Notes under the pieces: model-generated
Database searches by the model: none
Seen by the model: the letters and a program-made list of their open reading frames with translations, nothing else
Told to the model about the DNA's origin: nothing
From: Chlorokybus atmophyticus
Lineage: Eukaryota > Plantae > Mesostigma and Chlorokybus algae
Direction: 5' to 3'
Assembly (NCBI GenBank): GCA_009103225.1
Contig: RHPI01001327.1
Coordinates: forward strand, 62,001-126,000
Length of the DNA: 64,000 nt
Translations under genes and position numbers: made by a program
Part shown: in pieces, positions 22,481 through 34,599 of the stretch
Layout of the letters: each line of letters begins with the position of its first letter
Numbering within the stretch: position 1 is the stretch's first letter

Positions 22481-22640
22481 TCACTGGATGTATTGCGACA
22501 TTTACTTGATGCCTTTTCATAGCCCATGCGGCGCACGACTGAGCACACGAAAACCTCAATGGGTTGCATGTTGGTGTCTGCCAGAGCCAACCCCTCGCCG
22601 CGGCCACCGCTGATAATCTCCGCGTCCGCGTTGAAGCTGC
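22481..22640 (-). pseudogene. SAR1: SAR1 GTPase last-exon remnant
   Basis: LALADTNMQPIEVFVCSVVRRMGY matches the SAR1 C-terminus (VNLADSNVRPLEVFMCSIVRKMGY, recalled). After a frameshift it reads IK*MSQYIQ* (W replaced by stop). No upstream exons visible. Confidence 0.8.
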
Positions 22641-22756
22641 CAGCTGGCGTGGAACAGTGGTTTGTTAGCAATCGCGGCCCAACATGATGCACACCTCACG
22701 ATGTTGTGCCAAAGCGCACCCAACATAACGCGCACCCTGGTTGATGTGTCGCAGAA

Positions 22757-22783
22757 TTAGGGTTAGGGTTTGCTGCTAACCCT
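22757..22783. promoter_or_regulatory. Telo-box cluster upstream of BMS1
   Basis: TTAGGGTTAGGGTTT at 22757-22771 plus TAACCCT at 22777-22783, within 60 nt of ATG 22816. Confidence 0.55.
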
Positions 22784-22815
22784 GCGGCAGGGGCAGCGGC
22801 GGCGGCGGCGGCGGT

Positions 22816-25800
22816 ATGGCGGCCGACGGTGGTGAGAGGGTGCAGAAGGGGCACAGGGAGCGGCAGGCTGGTCCGAAGGCCGTCAAGAAGAAAGAAAAGA
22901 AGAGGAAGAAAGGAGGACCACCTGACCCCAACCACAAGAACCCCAAGGCGTTCACTGTCCGCTCCACAAGAGTTGCAAAACGGGTGTGTTGCCGAGCGTG
23001 CTGATGACATCTATTTTCACGCAGTTATGCTTTGTGCACACTCTGCAAACATCTTCTTTACCACTGGGTGTCGTGTTCTACGCACATGCGCACGCATGTG
23101 CGTAGAACATCACAATTGTTAACAACTTCATATCAGGTGTGTACTTACTGCATGCACTCATTTGCATGCAGTAAATACATACATACTTGGTATGCGCACA
23201 CTACAGGTAATGCCGTGCCTGAATTTTTCGAGAGGATGTTTGCTGTATACGTTGGTTCTATTGCAGTAGCTCCTGTCATGTGAAGGTCGTAGTTTTGACT
23301 GTGTGCATGGCGTATCACTGCATGTCAGCAGGCATGTACTATGACCACTTACTCGTGGCATGTGCACATGGTAAAGGTTACTCATGGGGCGGTTGTCTTC
23401 CACTGCAACAGGTGCTAAGTGATCCCCAAAAGCGAGAGATCTACGACCAATATGGGGAGGAGGGGCTCAAGGGAGGGATGCCTGGCGCTGGGCCTAGCCC
23501 TGATATGGGAGGGATGCCTGGCGCTGGTCCCAGCTTCAGGAGCAGCGGTGTTCGCTTCAGCGCGCGCAATCCTGAGGATATCTTCAGGGAGTTCTTCGGT
23601 GGCGGCAGTCCATTTGGGGACTTTGGAGGGTGAGTGGTGATGACTCTGCATCTGGCGGACTGCACGATGCTTGATGCCATAGCCACCTGCTGCTTGGACC
23701 TGTGAGCTCATCTGTCTTATCTCTGGCAGGATGGGCGGGATGTTTGGCGATGGTGGAGGGATGGGCGGCATGTTTGGGAGCAGGATGGGCGGCATGCATG
23801 ACTTTGCCGGGATGTCGCGCGCGCCAGCAGGGCCGAAGAAGCAGCCCCCAGTGGTTCAGAAGCTCATGTGNTGAGCTGTTCATCATTTTGCATGCAGACC
23901 GGTAAAACAACCCTCATTCAGTCCCTGATCAAGCATTACACAAAGCACAATTTGTCGGAGGTAAAAGGCCCGATCACTGTCGTCTCTGGTAAGTTCACAG
24001 CTAGCCCCTGCAAGTTACCTGTTTGTTGTTGCCTTTTTGCTGCCAACTGCCTGTACAGACAACTTGACTGCCAACCATGTGTTCAGGCAAGCACAGAAGG
24101 TTGCAGTTTGTAGAGGTTGGAGCCGGGCTGTGCGATATGATTGACGCTGCCAAGTATGCGGATCTTGTGCTGCTGTTAATAGATGGCGCTTTCGGCTTTG
24201 AAATGGTAAATACATGGGTGGGTTGGTGCAGTCACATTGGCGCTAATAAATGGCGCTAGTTGTTTCAGCTGTCCTGATGATGGTGTTCATATGCGCAGGA
24301 AACGTTTGAGTTTTTGAATGTGCTGCAAGTGCATGGTTTCCCCCGCGTGATGGGGGTGCTGACCCATCTGGACCACTTCAAGGATGCGAAGCGCTTGCGC
24401 AAAACAAAGAAGCGGATGAAGCAGCGGTTTTGGACTGAAATCTATGACGGGGCGAAGCTGTTCTATCTGTCTGGCTTACTGCATGGACGGTACCCGAAGC
24501 GGGAGGTACTGAATCTGGCCCGCTTCATCTCCGTATGCAAGTTCCGCCCGCTGCAATGGCGGTCCGCACACCCTTACATGCTGATGGACCGTGTGGAGGA
24601 CGTCACACCACCTGAGGAGATACGCGTCAATGCCAAAGGCGACCGCACCGTTGCGTTGTACGGGTACCTTCGCGGCGCCAACTTGAAGCCGGCCATGAAG
24701 GTGCATGTGGCTGGAGTAGGCGACTTCCCGTTGGCCTCAGTTCGGACCCTTCCTGATCCCTGCCCTCTTCCTGGTCAAGGACGCAAAAAGGGACTTGGTG
24801 ACCGGGAGCGGCTCATCTATGCGCCCATGTCAGATGTTGGAGAGATGCTCTACGACAAGGATGCCACATATGTTCAGGTCCCTGATAGGCATACACAGTT
24901 TTCAAGACCCGAGCAAGGCAAGTAGCCTCCAGCTCAGAGTGTTGTTGTATGGCTGTGCAGTACTGCGGGTTGCTGTTACTCAACCTTTTATGTTGCAGGT
25001 GGAGAAGAAGGTGAAGTTGAGGAGGGTGTGCGCATGGTTCGGGAGCTGCAGGTATGTTAAGAAATGCCATGAATTGCACGCAGGTGTTTACATGTAAGTG
25101 CGCTTACATCAGGTTTGTACTGCAGGACACACCGCACACCATCGATGAACTCCTGCAAGGGTCAGACATTTGCTTACTTTCCAACTCGCAAGCCCTCAAG
25201 GCCTCATCTCTAGGTAACGCCACACACTATGCGCACTGCATAGTTGCCAATGCACCTGTTTGGCCTGAGTCTTCGTTCCCTGCAGCTGACACTGTTGACA
25301 ATGGCTTGGATGAGATTGATGACCAAGCAGAGAGCGGGCCTGAGGAGGGCTCAGAGGAGGAGGATGGTGACGATGACGTGTCAACAAGCGGAGATGAGGC
25401 TCCTGCAGCTGCGCACAAACAGGCCGTAGTTGTGCAAGATGGTCGCGTTCGCCGGCGCGCATTGTTTGCCGATGAGGTGCGCATTGATGCAGCACAACAC
25501 GCGTCATGTGGCAGACTTTTTGAATCCTCATCGATTTCTGGGATGCTTGCAGGAGCAAGGTCGACTAAGCACCTCTGATGCAGAAGAGGATGTAGAGTAC
25601 GCGGATGACGATGCAGGTACTCTAACTTGTCACGCGCATGGCCTGTACCGCAAACAACCACACACTCATAGCCGTTTGTAGCGATATATGTGTATGTCGT
25701 GCTTCGTTTGGTTCCTGCGGTTCATGAAACTTTCGCCACAGATCTTGGGCAAGCTGCAGCATGGAAGGACAACCTGGCGGAGCGCACGAAACAGCTGTTT

Positions 25801-28089
25801 CAGAAACACGTGAGACTGGAGGAGCTGGTGTATGGTAGGCCAGGCCGGGTTGCAACTTCTACATTAGATGAAGAGCGGCCTAGTAGCAGTGAGCATGAGG
25901 ACGGTGATGGTGATGATGATGATGAGCTGTTTCGAGTCCGTCGGCCCAAGGTAAGGCATAGCAAGCTACAATGGCCGGGGTGTGTCTAGACAGCGTGTGG
26001 TTCTGGCATCATGCTTTAGACTTGTGTGTGCTTCAGACCCCGCAAGCAGAGCGGCCTTTGGAAGATGTTGATGCCTTAGATACAAGCAAAACAATCTGGA
26101 GAGAGGAGCAGTTGCGATTGTGGGACACAGAGGAGGTAATGCTTTGTAGGCTTATACCTTGCTCATTTGTACTCGGTAGTACAGTTTGCTGCTTGTGCTG
26201 CCTGTTCATCTTCATCAATGCGCTTCTTGCATGGCGGCAGGCAACAGAGCAGTTGCGCAACCGGTTTGTGACTGGTGACTGGGACGCCGCTGCGAGGCGG
26301 CAGCGAGGCGAGGGCGAACCAGCTGATGCACATTCCAACGATGCGTTGTATGGAGATTTTGAGGACTTGGAAACAGGCCAGAAGGTATGCATGCATTTTT
26401 CGCTACTGATGCATAGCCATGAGCAGAACTAACCATGTGTAACATGTCAAACGATGTGTGACTTCCGGCGGATGCAGGTGACAGCTGGTGGTGAAGCCGT
26501 TGGCGCAGAAGAGCAGGCTGGCGCCAAGGAAGATGAAGCACAAGCACGGCTGGCCAAAAAGCTACAGTTGAGACACAAGTTTGATGCCAAGCATGATGGC
26601 TCTGGCGGTGAAGATGAAGAAGCCGATTATTTCACAGAAGTAAAGGCAGATTTGGCTGCACGCGCTCAGCGCACGCGCGATGCCTTGGCAAGTCTTGATC
26701 CAGAAACTCGCACAGCGGTGAGCATTTGTGTCGCGTCATGTACGCATGCGGGACCGTTCTATTGAATTCGCGCTCACTATGTTTCACTGCAGTTGGAAGG
26801 TTACAGAGCGGGAATGTACCTGCGATTGGAACTTCGGCGCATCCCTTACGAGTTCATTGAGTACTTCGATCCATGTGTACCTGTGCTTGTTGGTGGTTTG
26901 CTAGCCAATGAAGAAGCTCGGGGCTTCGTGCGAGCAAGGCTGAAGAAGCACAGGTGGCAACGAAAGGTGCTGAAGAATCGCGACCCGCTAGTCTGTTCGG
27001 TGGGTTGGCGTCGCTTTCAAACCATCCCTGTGTATGCTCTGGAAGATCCCAATGGGCGCCTGCGCATGCTCAAGTACACGCCCGAGCACATGCATTGCTT
27101 AGCAACCTTCCATGGCCCGATCAGCCCGCAAGGTACCGGCCTGGTAGCCTTCCAGAGTGTGACAGGCTCGGCATCTGCGGGTTTCCGTGTGGCTGCTACA
27201 GGTGTGGTGCTGGAGCTGGACCACTCTGCTCCCATTGTAAAGAAGCTCAAGCTGGTCGGCTACCCGTACAAGATATTCAAGAACACTGCCTTCCTCAAGG
27301 ACATGTTCAACTCTGACCTTGAAGTGGCTCGCTTCGAGGGTGCGGCGGTGCGCACGGTTAGCGGCATCCGCGGCCAGCTGAAGAGGGCTGTGAAGGCAGG
27401 GCAAGGAAAGGAGGGTTGCGTGCGCGCCACATTTGAAGACAAGATACTCATGTCGGATGTTGTCTTCCTTCGTGCGTGGGTGCCCGTGGATGTCCCCATC
27501 TACTACAACCCGGTCACCAGCCTGCTGCAGTCCCCTGATACACCATGGCACGGCATGCGCACTGTTGGGCAACTCCGCCGCGAAAACAACATTCCTATCC
27601 CAGTGCAAAGGGACTCGCTGTACAAGCCGATTGAGCGCCACACCCGCAAGTTTAACCCTCTTAAAGTGCCCAAAACTCTGCAGGCTGCGCTGCCGTTCAA
27701 GTCCAAACCCAAGGATGCTACAGCTCGCAAGAAAAAGAGCTACGAAGCACGGCGGGCTGTTATTCTTGAGCCACATGAGAAGCGGGCATACACGCTGTTG
27801 CAGCAGCTGAACACCCTGCGCAACTACAAAGCGGAGAAGCGCAAAGAACAGCAGGCTCGTCGGCGAGGGGAGTATGAAAAGAAAAAGGCCAAGGAGGACG
27901 CCGTCCGCAATGAACATAGCAAGGCAATTCGCAAGAAAAGGTGATAACCTGGTAGTCTAATTCTTTGCCACTGCCTTTGTGACGTATGTCGTGGTTTGGT
28001 TACTTTAACCGTGTGTGTGCATGTGTAGGTACCGCATGGAGGGGTTGACAGATCTTGCTCGCCAGAAGAAGCAACGTACTTCCCAGTAA
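22816..28089 (+). CDS. BMS1: Ribosome biogenesis GTPase BMS1 (one early exon not visible)
   Basis: Exon 1 22816-22983 ([14 protein letters not shown]); exon from 23898 [19 protein letters not shown]; [27 protein letters not shown]; long exon 26792-27940 [30 protein letters not shown]; last exon 28029-28089. Confidence 0.92.
23412..23870 (+). other. Internal two-exon fragment of a class B DnaJ/Hsp40 gene inside BMS1 intron 1, cut at an N
   Basis: [21 protein letters not shown] (end of J domain), G/F region [12 protein letters not shown], intron 23630-23729, [18 protein letters not shown], then N at 23871. Confidence 0.85.
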
Positions 28090-31000
28090 TCCAAGTAGTC
28101 ATGGGAAAAGTATATGTGTGGGTGGTTGCTTCGGCAAAATGCTGTACAGTTACAGGCTGTTGTGCGTATCTCTTTGGTGCAACAATTGGTTCATGCACCA
28201 GATCCGACACGAAAAGGTTTTATATTGCTGTGTGGCGTGAGACAGAAAGGCGCATTCGTTGTGACGCATATAGTGCAAAGCGCGCATGTGTGCTATGTGT
28301 TGTGTGCCATGCTGCGGCCAGTACGGCACACACTCATATTGTCAATGCATGTGTGTAGACTAGCTGACACCATTTGGAGGGGACGATGCTGCTTGTACAG
28401 GTATCAGTTGGGATTGGAAGGTTCGAAACGCGGGTTGCAGGCAGAGAAGTTCATTGGCTGCAACAGATACAGTGTGTGACCAATGCATATGGGCGACAAG
28501 GCTGCCATACACACCTCGGGTACCCATCAAAAGCTGTACATGGGTTGTCTTGACCAGTTGTTGCAGGACATGTCTGGTGAGCGAACCTGAGCTAAACAAG
28601 GTCGGGCTAATGCTTGACAGTGCATCTGCCGGGAGATAATCAGTGCAGAATGAATGAGAGTTTCTACGCCACCTTGGTAATCAGGCTGTCAGCCGTTTAC
28701 TTGCCCCTCGTTTCCTCGTCCGCTTGAGTTTCCACGTTCTGCCACAAGTCACAATTCTGTTAGCCTTATGCCATGGGTGCGTTGCACGCTCTCCAGCAAA
28801 GTGTGGCCTGCCAAGCTTGCTGCAGACACGTACCTGGCGGATGTAGTTCTCAGGTGGTTGTGCATCTCTTCGTTGTGGCATTTTGGCTGCCTCGCAAGAG
28901 AGTTGTTTTCGTTTGCCTTGTGTGGCAAGCAGGCCGCTGCTTGTCGACTCCGAAGCTGCGTTACCATCAACCAAGGTAGTGGCCTGGGAGTGGGCTGAAT
29001 ATTTCTGCTCTGTCTCTTGCTGCTTAGCTAGTGGATGCCACTGCAATGCTGCAGTGGCATACGATGCTGCTTTCTTGGCCCCAAAGTCCCTCAAACCCTC
29101 AAGGTTGCGGATGCAGTTTGCAGCATTGGCCAGCACGCCTTTCATCGAGCTGTCTTCTGCGCACAGCAGGTATGCAGCATGTTCAGGAGCATTGGAGTTG
29201 CCTGCCTTCAGCAACTTCACTGCTGCTGCTGCTGCTCACCTACCCTCTCAGACTTGGACAAGAAGGTGCCATGGCCCAACAGACCACCTAGACAGTAGCG
29301 AGAGAGAGCGTCTCACTTGCAAGCTCAGGCTGCGTCTATCCCTCAGCACCTCCGCGCCCACAAGCCTGACGCTGCTACTGCTGCCCACGAGAGATGGAGA
29401 ACCACAGCTGGCTGTGTGGATAGCCGCCTGACTGGTTGTGATTGGCCCTCTACAGAGCGAGCGGCTACCGTTTCAGGGGCTTGTCACGTCAGTCATGGCT
29501 GGGTGATGTGACAGCTGACGCTTATTAGCCTGCCAAATGAAGCAACTGCGATGTGATGTGACTGCATGTAATCTCTGGGAACAAGACGCAATGTGAACTT
29601 GCTACCAAACAAGGACCGTGCAGCAGGGGCTGTCAACTCGTGTGGCAGACAGAGACCCACCGGTCACATCAACCATGTAGTACATGCTAGCTTGCGTATC
29701 TGGCATGCTAAGTAAGACAAGTGACATTAAAGGCCATGTCGTGCGAATGTTGCTGTCTACTATGGGACTCCCTGCGACTGTGGAAGGCGGATGCGACTAG
29801 GGCTCATGGCGGCAATGTGAAGGCGACGACAGAGCGCTGACGATGTGAAGCAGGCGGTGGCGGGCTGTGGCGTGAGGGTAAGGAGCTTGTGTAGGCGACT
29901 GTGGACAGAAAATGCAAGTGGTCATGATACACGCAACATGCATGACACATGCCTTGTTCACCAAGCTCATCATCATGCAATGCTTATCTACCACCGGGGT
30001 TTACCTATACTAGCCACACGTAACTAATGTAACTACTGCCTTCAACCCCCATCAGACATATATGCATGCATTTGCTCATTACCTGTACACAAGGTGTCAA
30101 AACACGTTAGCTAGCGGCACAGCTTCAGGCGAGGCAGCAGCAGACAGCAGACGGACTCCCCCGCCTCTCTCTTCCTCTCTCTCCGCCACCCTCCTCCTTC
30201 CTCCGCTCCCTCCTCTCCCTGTGCCCTTGCTGCAACGGCTTGCAAGGGTTGTAGTGTGAACGTCAGCAGAGCACCGTGCTCTGCTCAGGCGACCTGCCCA
30301 GAGGGCTGCACACGTGTGCAGTCAGTTAGTCTTGCAGTTCTTTGCAGCAGCCAGGAGCATGAGCAGCCGAAGGACTCCCACTCCCACTCCCCCTCTCCCG
30401 TTCTCCTTCACCCACAGCCTCGCTCCCGCCATTTACACGCAGCTCTGTATGTTGTAACCCTGGCTGAGGGCTCAGCCCCGCCCCTCCACCCCGTCCCTGT
30501 GCCCGGCCTTCGCGCCCTGCCCTGTCGGCAGCGGTGCTGTTGTACTAGCAGCTGCTGTATGTGCCGGTTAGGCGCTGGCAGTGGGGTTAAGTAGGTGGGT
30601 TGGCGTGTGAGATTCCCATGTGCGATGTGGTGTAAAGGTTGGAGAAACAGATGCAGCAACATACCCATGTACAGTTGCAGATAATACTGTTGCCATCATG
30701 GCAGAATGGCCAGACCAAGACCAGCATCAGCAAGCCCTGCCTGTCTCCGAAACAGTCTGACCAGCCTTTGGTCATACATGCCACATGGGTTGGCGCAGCT
30801 TTGGCAACATTAACGACGTTGCTACAGCTTCTTGACAATTACACAAGGCAGTACACGCATGGCTTCCTGTTGGTATACAGCACCAAGTGCGGCACATCGC
30901 ATAAGTCGCAGGAAACTCATGACAAGCAAAAATAAACTCTACGCCATACTACTTGCAACAAGTATACCTATATATGGAATAGTGAAACGGACTGCTCTAC

Positions 31001-31158
31001 AAAAACATGTAATGCGAAGCTCAGCTGAAGCAGCTGTCATACGCAATCAACTGCTGCAGAGAAATGTGTTGGTGGCGCTGCTAATACGCAGCTCACCGGT
31101 CCTGCAACCTGTGGTAGTCAACCTGTCAAATGAGAGCAATCAACAGTACCATGTAATG

Positions 31159-33072
31159 CTACGACAACACTAACTGGATAGGTGCACTAGCGATGTACAA
31201 ACACATGGCAGCGCAAGCTGTCATGCAAACAAAGGACTTCTCGGCCACATAAGTTGCCTTCTTGACGCCCCTCCAGACCAACCCATCGCTCGCCTTGCCA
31301 GCAGCAAACTCAATGCGCTCGCCCTCAGCTCCCGGCTTCTGCCCTCGGGCTCGCACAAACTCCCCAGCCGCCTTGAGGATTGTATGCACTGCTTCGCTCG
31401 ACACAGTGCCTGCTTGTTGGGTCTTGTTCAGATTTCAGAAGTGTGCAAGGCCGCCCGTATACTGCAACGCGGGTCTCTTACCGGCAACGTCTTTCACTAG
31501 GCCTCGGTTCTCAGGCACCCGTGCCACGCGACAGACTTCGGACATCCAGCTGGCATCCTTCTTGTCCAGTCTATCTGCGTGCTCATGTGAGGGGCGTTTG
31601 CCTTTCACAAGCCTGTCATCAAAGCCGTTGCACTCCTCTGTATGTGCACTGCTATCATCCTTGTTTTCCTGCTCTGCTGCTGCAGAGGCCTGCAAGTTCA
31701 CACCAAACAGAGTCAGAGTTGGTAAGCCATGAACACTACCATTGGATAAAGTGACAGTGTGCGTATTACAAAACAAACTGAATCAACGCTTGCAAACCTT
31801 TACATAGGAAGTGACCACTTCGTTGCAGAAGGTGCGCACAACATCAGTCACAGCGGGGCCGTACTCCGGTTTTGAAATGGAAGCAAACAACTCATCGTAA
31901 TAGTTAACTTCCTTCGTTTTGTCAACGTAAGAATGGACAGCCGTCTGTACCACAGCACACCATACAAATGAACAAAGTCAATTACGATACTCAAGAAAAC
32001 AAGCCAATCTAACCTTTGTACGCAGCCACAACAACAATGTTGCATTCACCTGCACAAACACGGTAATCACCGAATGAACGAGCTGCTTGCCCTTTCTGCT
32101 GCTGGCAATGTTGAGCACATGTTCCAGCAAGCTGGGGCCGCTGCTTTCGGCATCTTTTTGCACGTTTTCTGTGCATTTGAAGTATGTTGCCACGGCCTCT
32201 CGCACAGCCGCCCCAACAACCACAGAAGCAAAGTTCGCCGCTTCTGATGTCAACACGCGATCCAACACGCGGTCGAGCAGCTCTGCTGTCCTATCGGGCT
32301 TGTGTCGCTGCACAAAAACAGTTAACCAAAACTCTAAGCAAACAGTCCATTGCAATCTCTGCTGAGCATGTTTACATCACGTACAGGTCTTGAGGGTTCA
32401 CCCGAGTCGCTGGTGAAATCTGACAAGTCCTCTTCTTGAGCAGACGGGGTTTGCGCGCCGGCAACAATGCCGCGCACAAAGGCGGATGTCCAGCTGGCAA
32501 TGCAATCCCCGGCCTCCCGGGACGCTGCCAACCTTAACAGCTGGCGCACACTCTGTGGCACCTATCATTGTGGAGCGAGAATGCTCTATTAACATCGTTT
32601 TCAATCATCCACGCTACAATCAGAACCCTAGACACTAGTGAGCAATGTGACTTGTGATAACTGAACGAATCACGAATGACAGACACCAAAACAACAGCAA
32701 AACAGACAGACATAGTCCAGTAGTCGAGTAAATAAGCGAGCTTGTGGTTTCTACAAACACAGCACCCATGACTGAAGGGAACAATTGGTTAGACTTACGT
32801 TCAGTCTGCCATTGGCGCATGTTGTGCGCAGGCTAGCACAACCTGACATACTCTACCTCTTCAGCGTCAGACTTGACGAACGCCCGGAGATCCTGGGAGA
32901 GAGAGGCGGCGACGTCGGAAGAGGCTGCGAGGACGTCAGTGGCGGCGGCGGCAGCGCTGCGAAGCTGTTGCAACCGAGCAGAGCGCTGGAGTCTCCAGGC
33001 GGCGTAGGCCACGACCGCAACCCCCCCGCACCAATACGCCGCCCGCCGGGCGCGGCCGGGGCCACCGCTCAT
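31159..33072 (-). CDS. PHLOEM PROTEIN 2-LIKE A10 (At1g10150-family) protein
   Basis: Six in-frame exons: 33072-32857, 32561-32385, 32307-32050, 31944-31799, 31689-31482, 31409-31159. Segments SQDLRAFVKSDAEE|VPQSVRQL, DRVLDRVL..FASVVVG and YYDELF..PEYGPAVTDVV resemble the family as recalled; N- and C-terminal hydrophobic stretches. Confidence 0.72.
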
Positions 33073-34599
33073 GCCACGGGCCTGGCCAGGCCCACCGCCA
33101 ACCACACCAGCGACGCTGGCACAATCGTCAAGCGCAAAGAGGGGCAGACCAGCAAGAGGACGAGGAGGAGGAGGCAGCGGCGGCGCAGGAGGAGGAGCCT
33201 GTCGTCCACGTCAGCCGCCTGTGGATAGGCTCAATTCAAGCTGACTGGACTGCTGAGCTCGCATCACTTTTAGGGTTTGATGTTGCCCGCGGCGAGAGAC
33301 TTTACGTTGCAATTCACACGTTCAAGTTGCGAAAGAGGCAACGCACGCATGCGCGAAAACGGAAACACGGAATGCGCTTCTGGCGGGTGGCGACGCTGTC
33401 AATTGCGTTAAGGCAATCCAACGTGGCGGAACGCGAGTGGTGATAGTCTCGAGAGATTCTCAGCAGTCGGGAAAACATGCATCATACATCACGCAATCCC
33501 TCACCTCGCTCACTCGTGTAACAACGAGTTGTGTTACAAACTAAAATTTCCATGGCTGATTGCAGCCAACGAGGGTGAGCAAAGGTGATTGTGTAAGTTG
33601 AGTTCAATGGACTCATTATCTATATATGCTCGTATCATCCTCAACTCACTTTCTATTAATGCATGTTTATGTTCATCTACGTTAGCATGCACTGACATGC
33701 TGCCGCAAAGTCCTTAAAAAGCCCTATAACAGAGATAGCATTTCCTCATTGTCGCTTACAGTAACACGCGGCACCATGTTGTCGTAATAAAGTTATTTAA
33801 TTGGGACACCTTGCACTCAATTTCAATACACGTGCGATCGTGTTTTTAAAACATATAATGTAATTAATATAAGAGTTGCAATAAAGCAATCTTACACGAT
33901 GTTGTATGCAATCAGTCATATGTGCAACGGTAAAGATTGAAAACGATACGATATTATATTGCTTACCATAACGCTCAAGATCAACGGCCGTTTCAACTGA
34001 TAAGCTAGCAACACGCATCGAGTTGACAATTGCAATATCGTAGCAGCAGCCAATGCTGGACATACTTACGCGCATAATGAATGGCTGGCGTACAGCTACT
34101 AGCTACGGCAGATACGCTCTTTGCAACAATTTGAAACGGCCGCAAGCGAAAACAGCGTTAAAGCTTTTGCTTCCTACGGAGGGGTAGCCAATATGGTGAA
34201 GTTCATATGCCGTAAAAGCGATTGCTTCTTAAAAAAGAGATCGCAATTCCTTGCCCAATGCCCGTCACAGCAGGTTTGGACTTACCTTGGATCCGATCGA
34301 GTGGCATTAACAAGAGGGTGACCCTCCCCGCCATAAGCGAGCGGGCTTGCAAGTCGTTGATATGCCAACCATCGGCTGAACGACCATCTTATGGCGCACA
34401 CATGAAGCCCCCTTAAAGCCTCCGTCGCATTTAACTGAGGATTGGAGCTGAGCACACCAAAACACAAAGGTTAAAGCTCATAACCTTCGTTATGTACGAA
34501 GGGTACTTAACGATAAAATTAACTAGTTCTGTACAGTTCTCTGACCAGTTCTACACTTACTGGTAGACAGTGTCATGTGTAGCTGCTATAAGCAATTCT

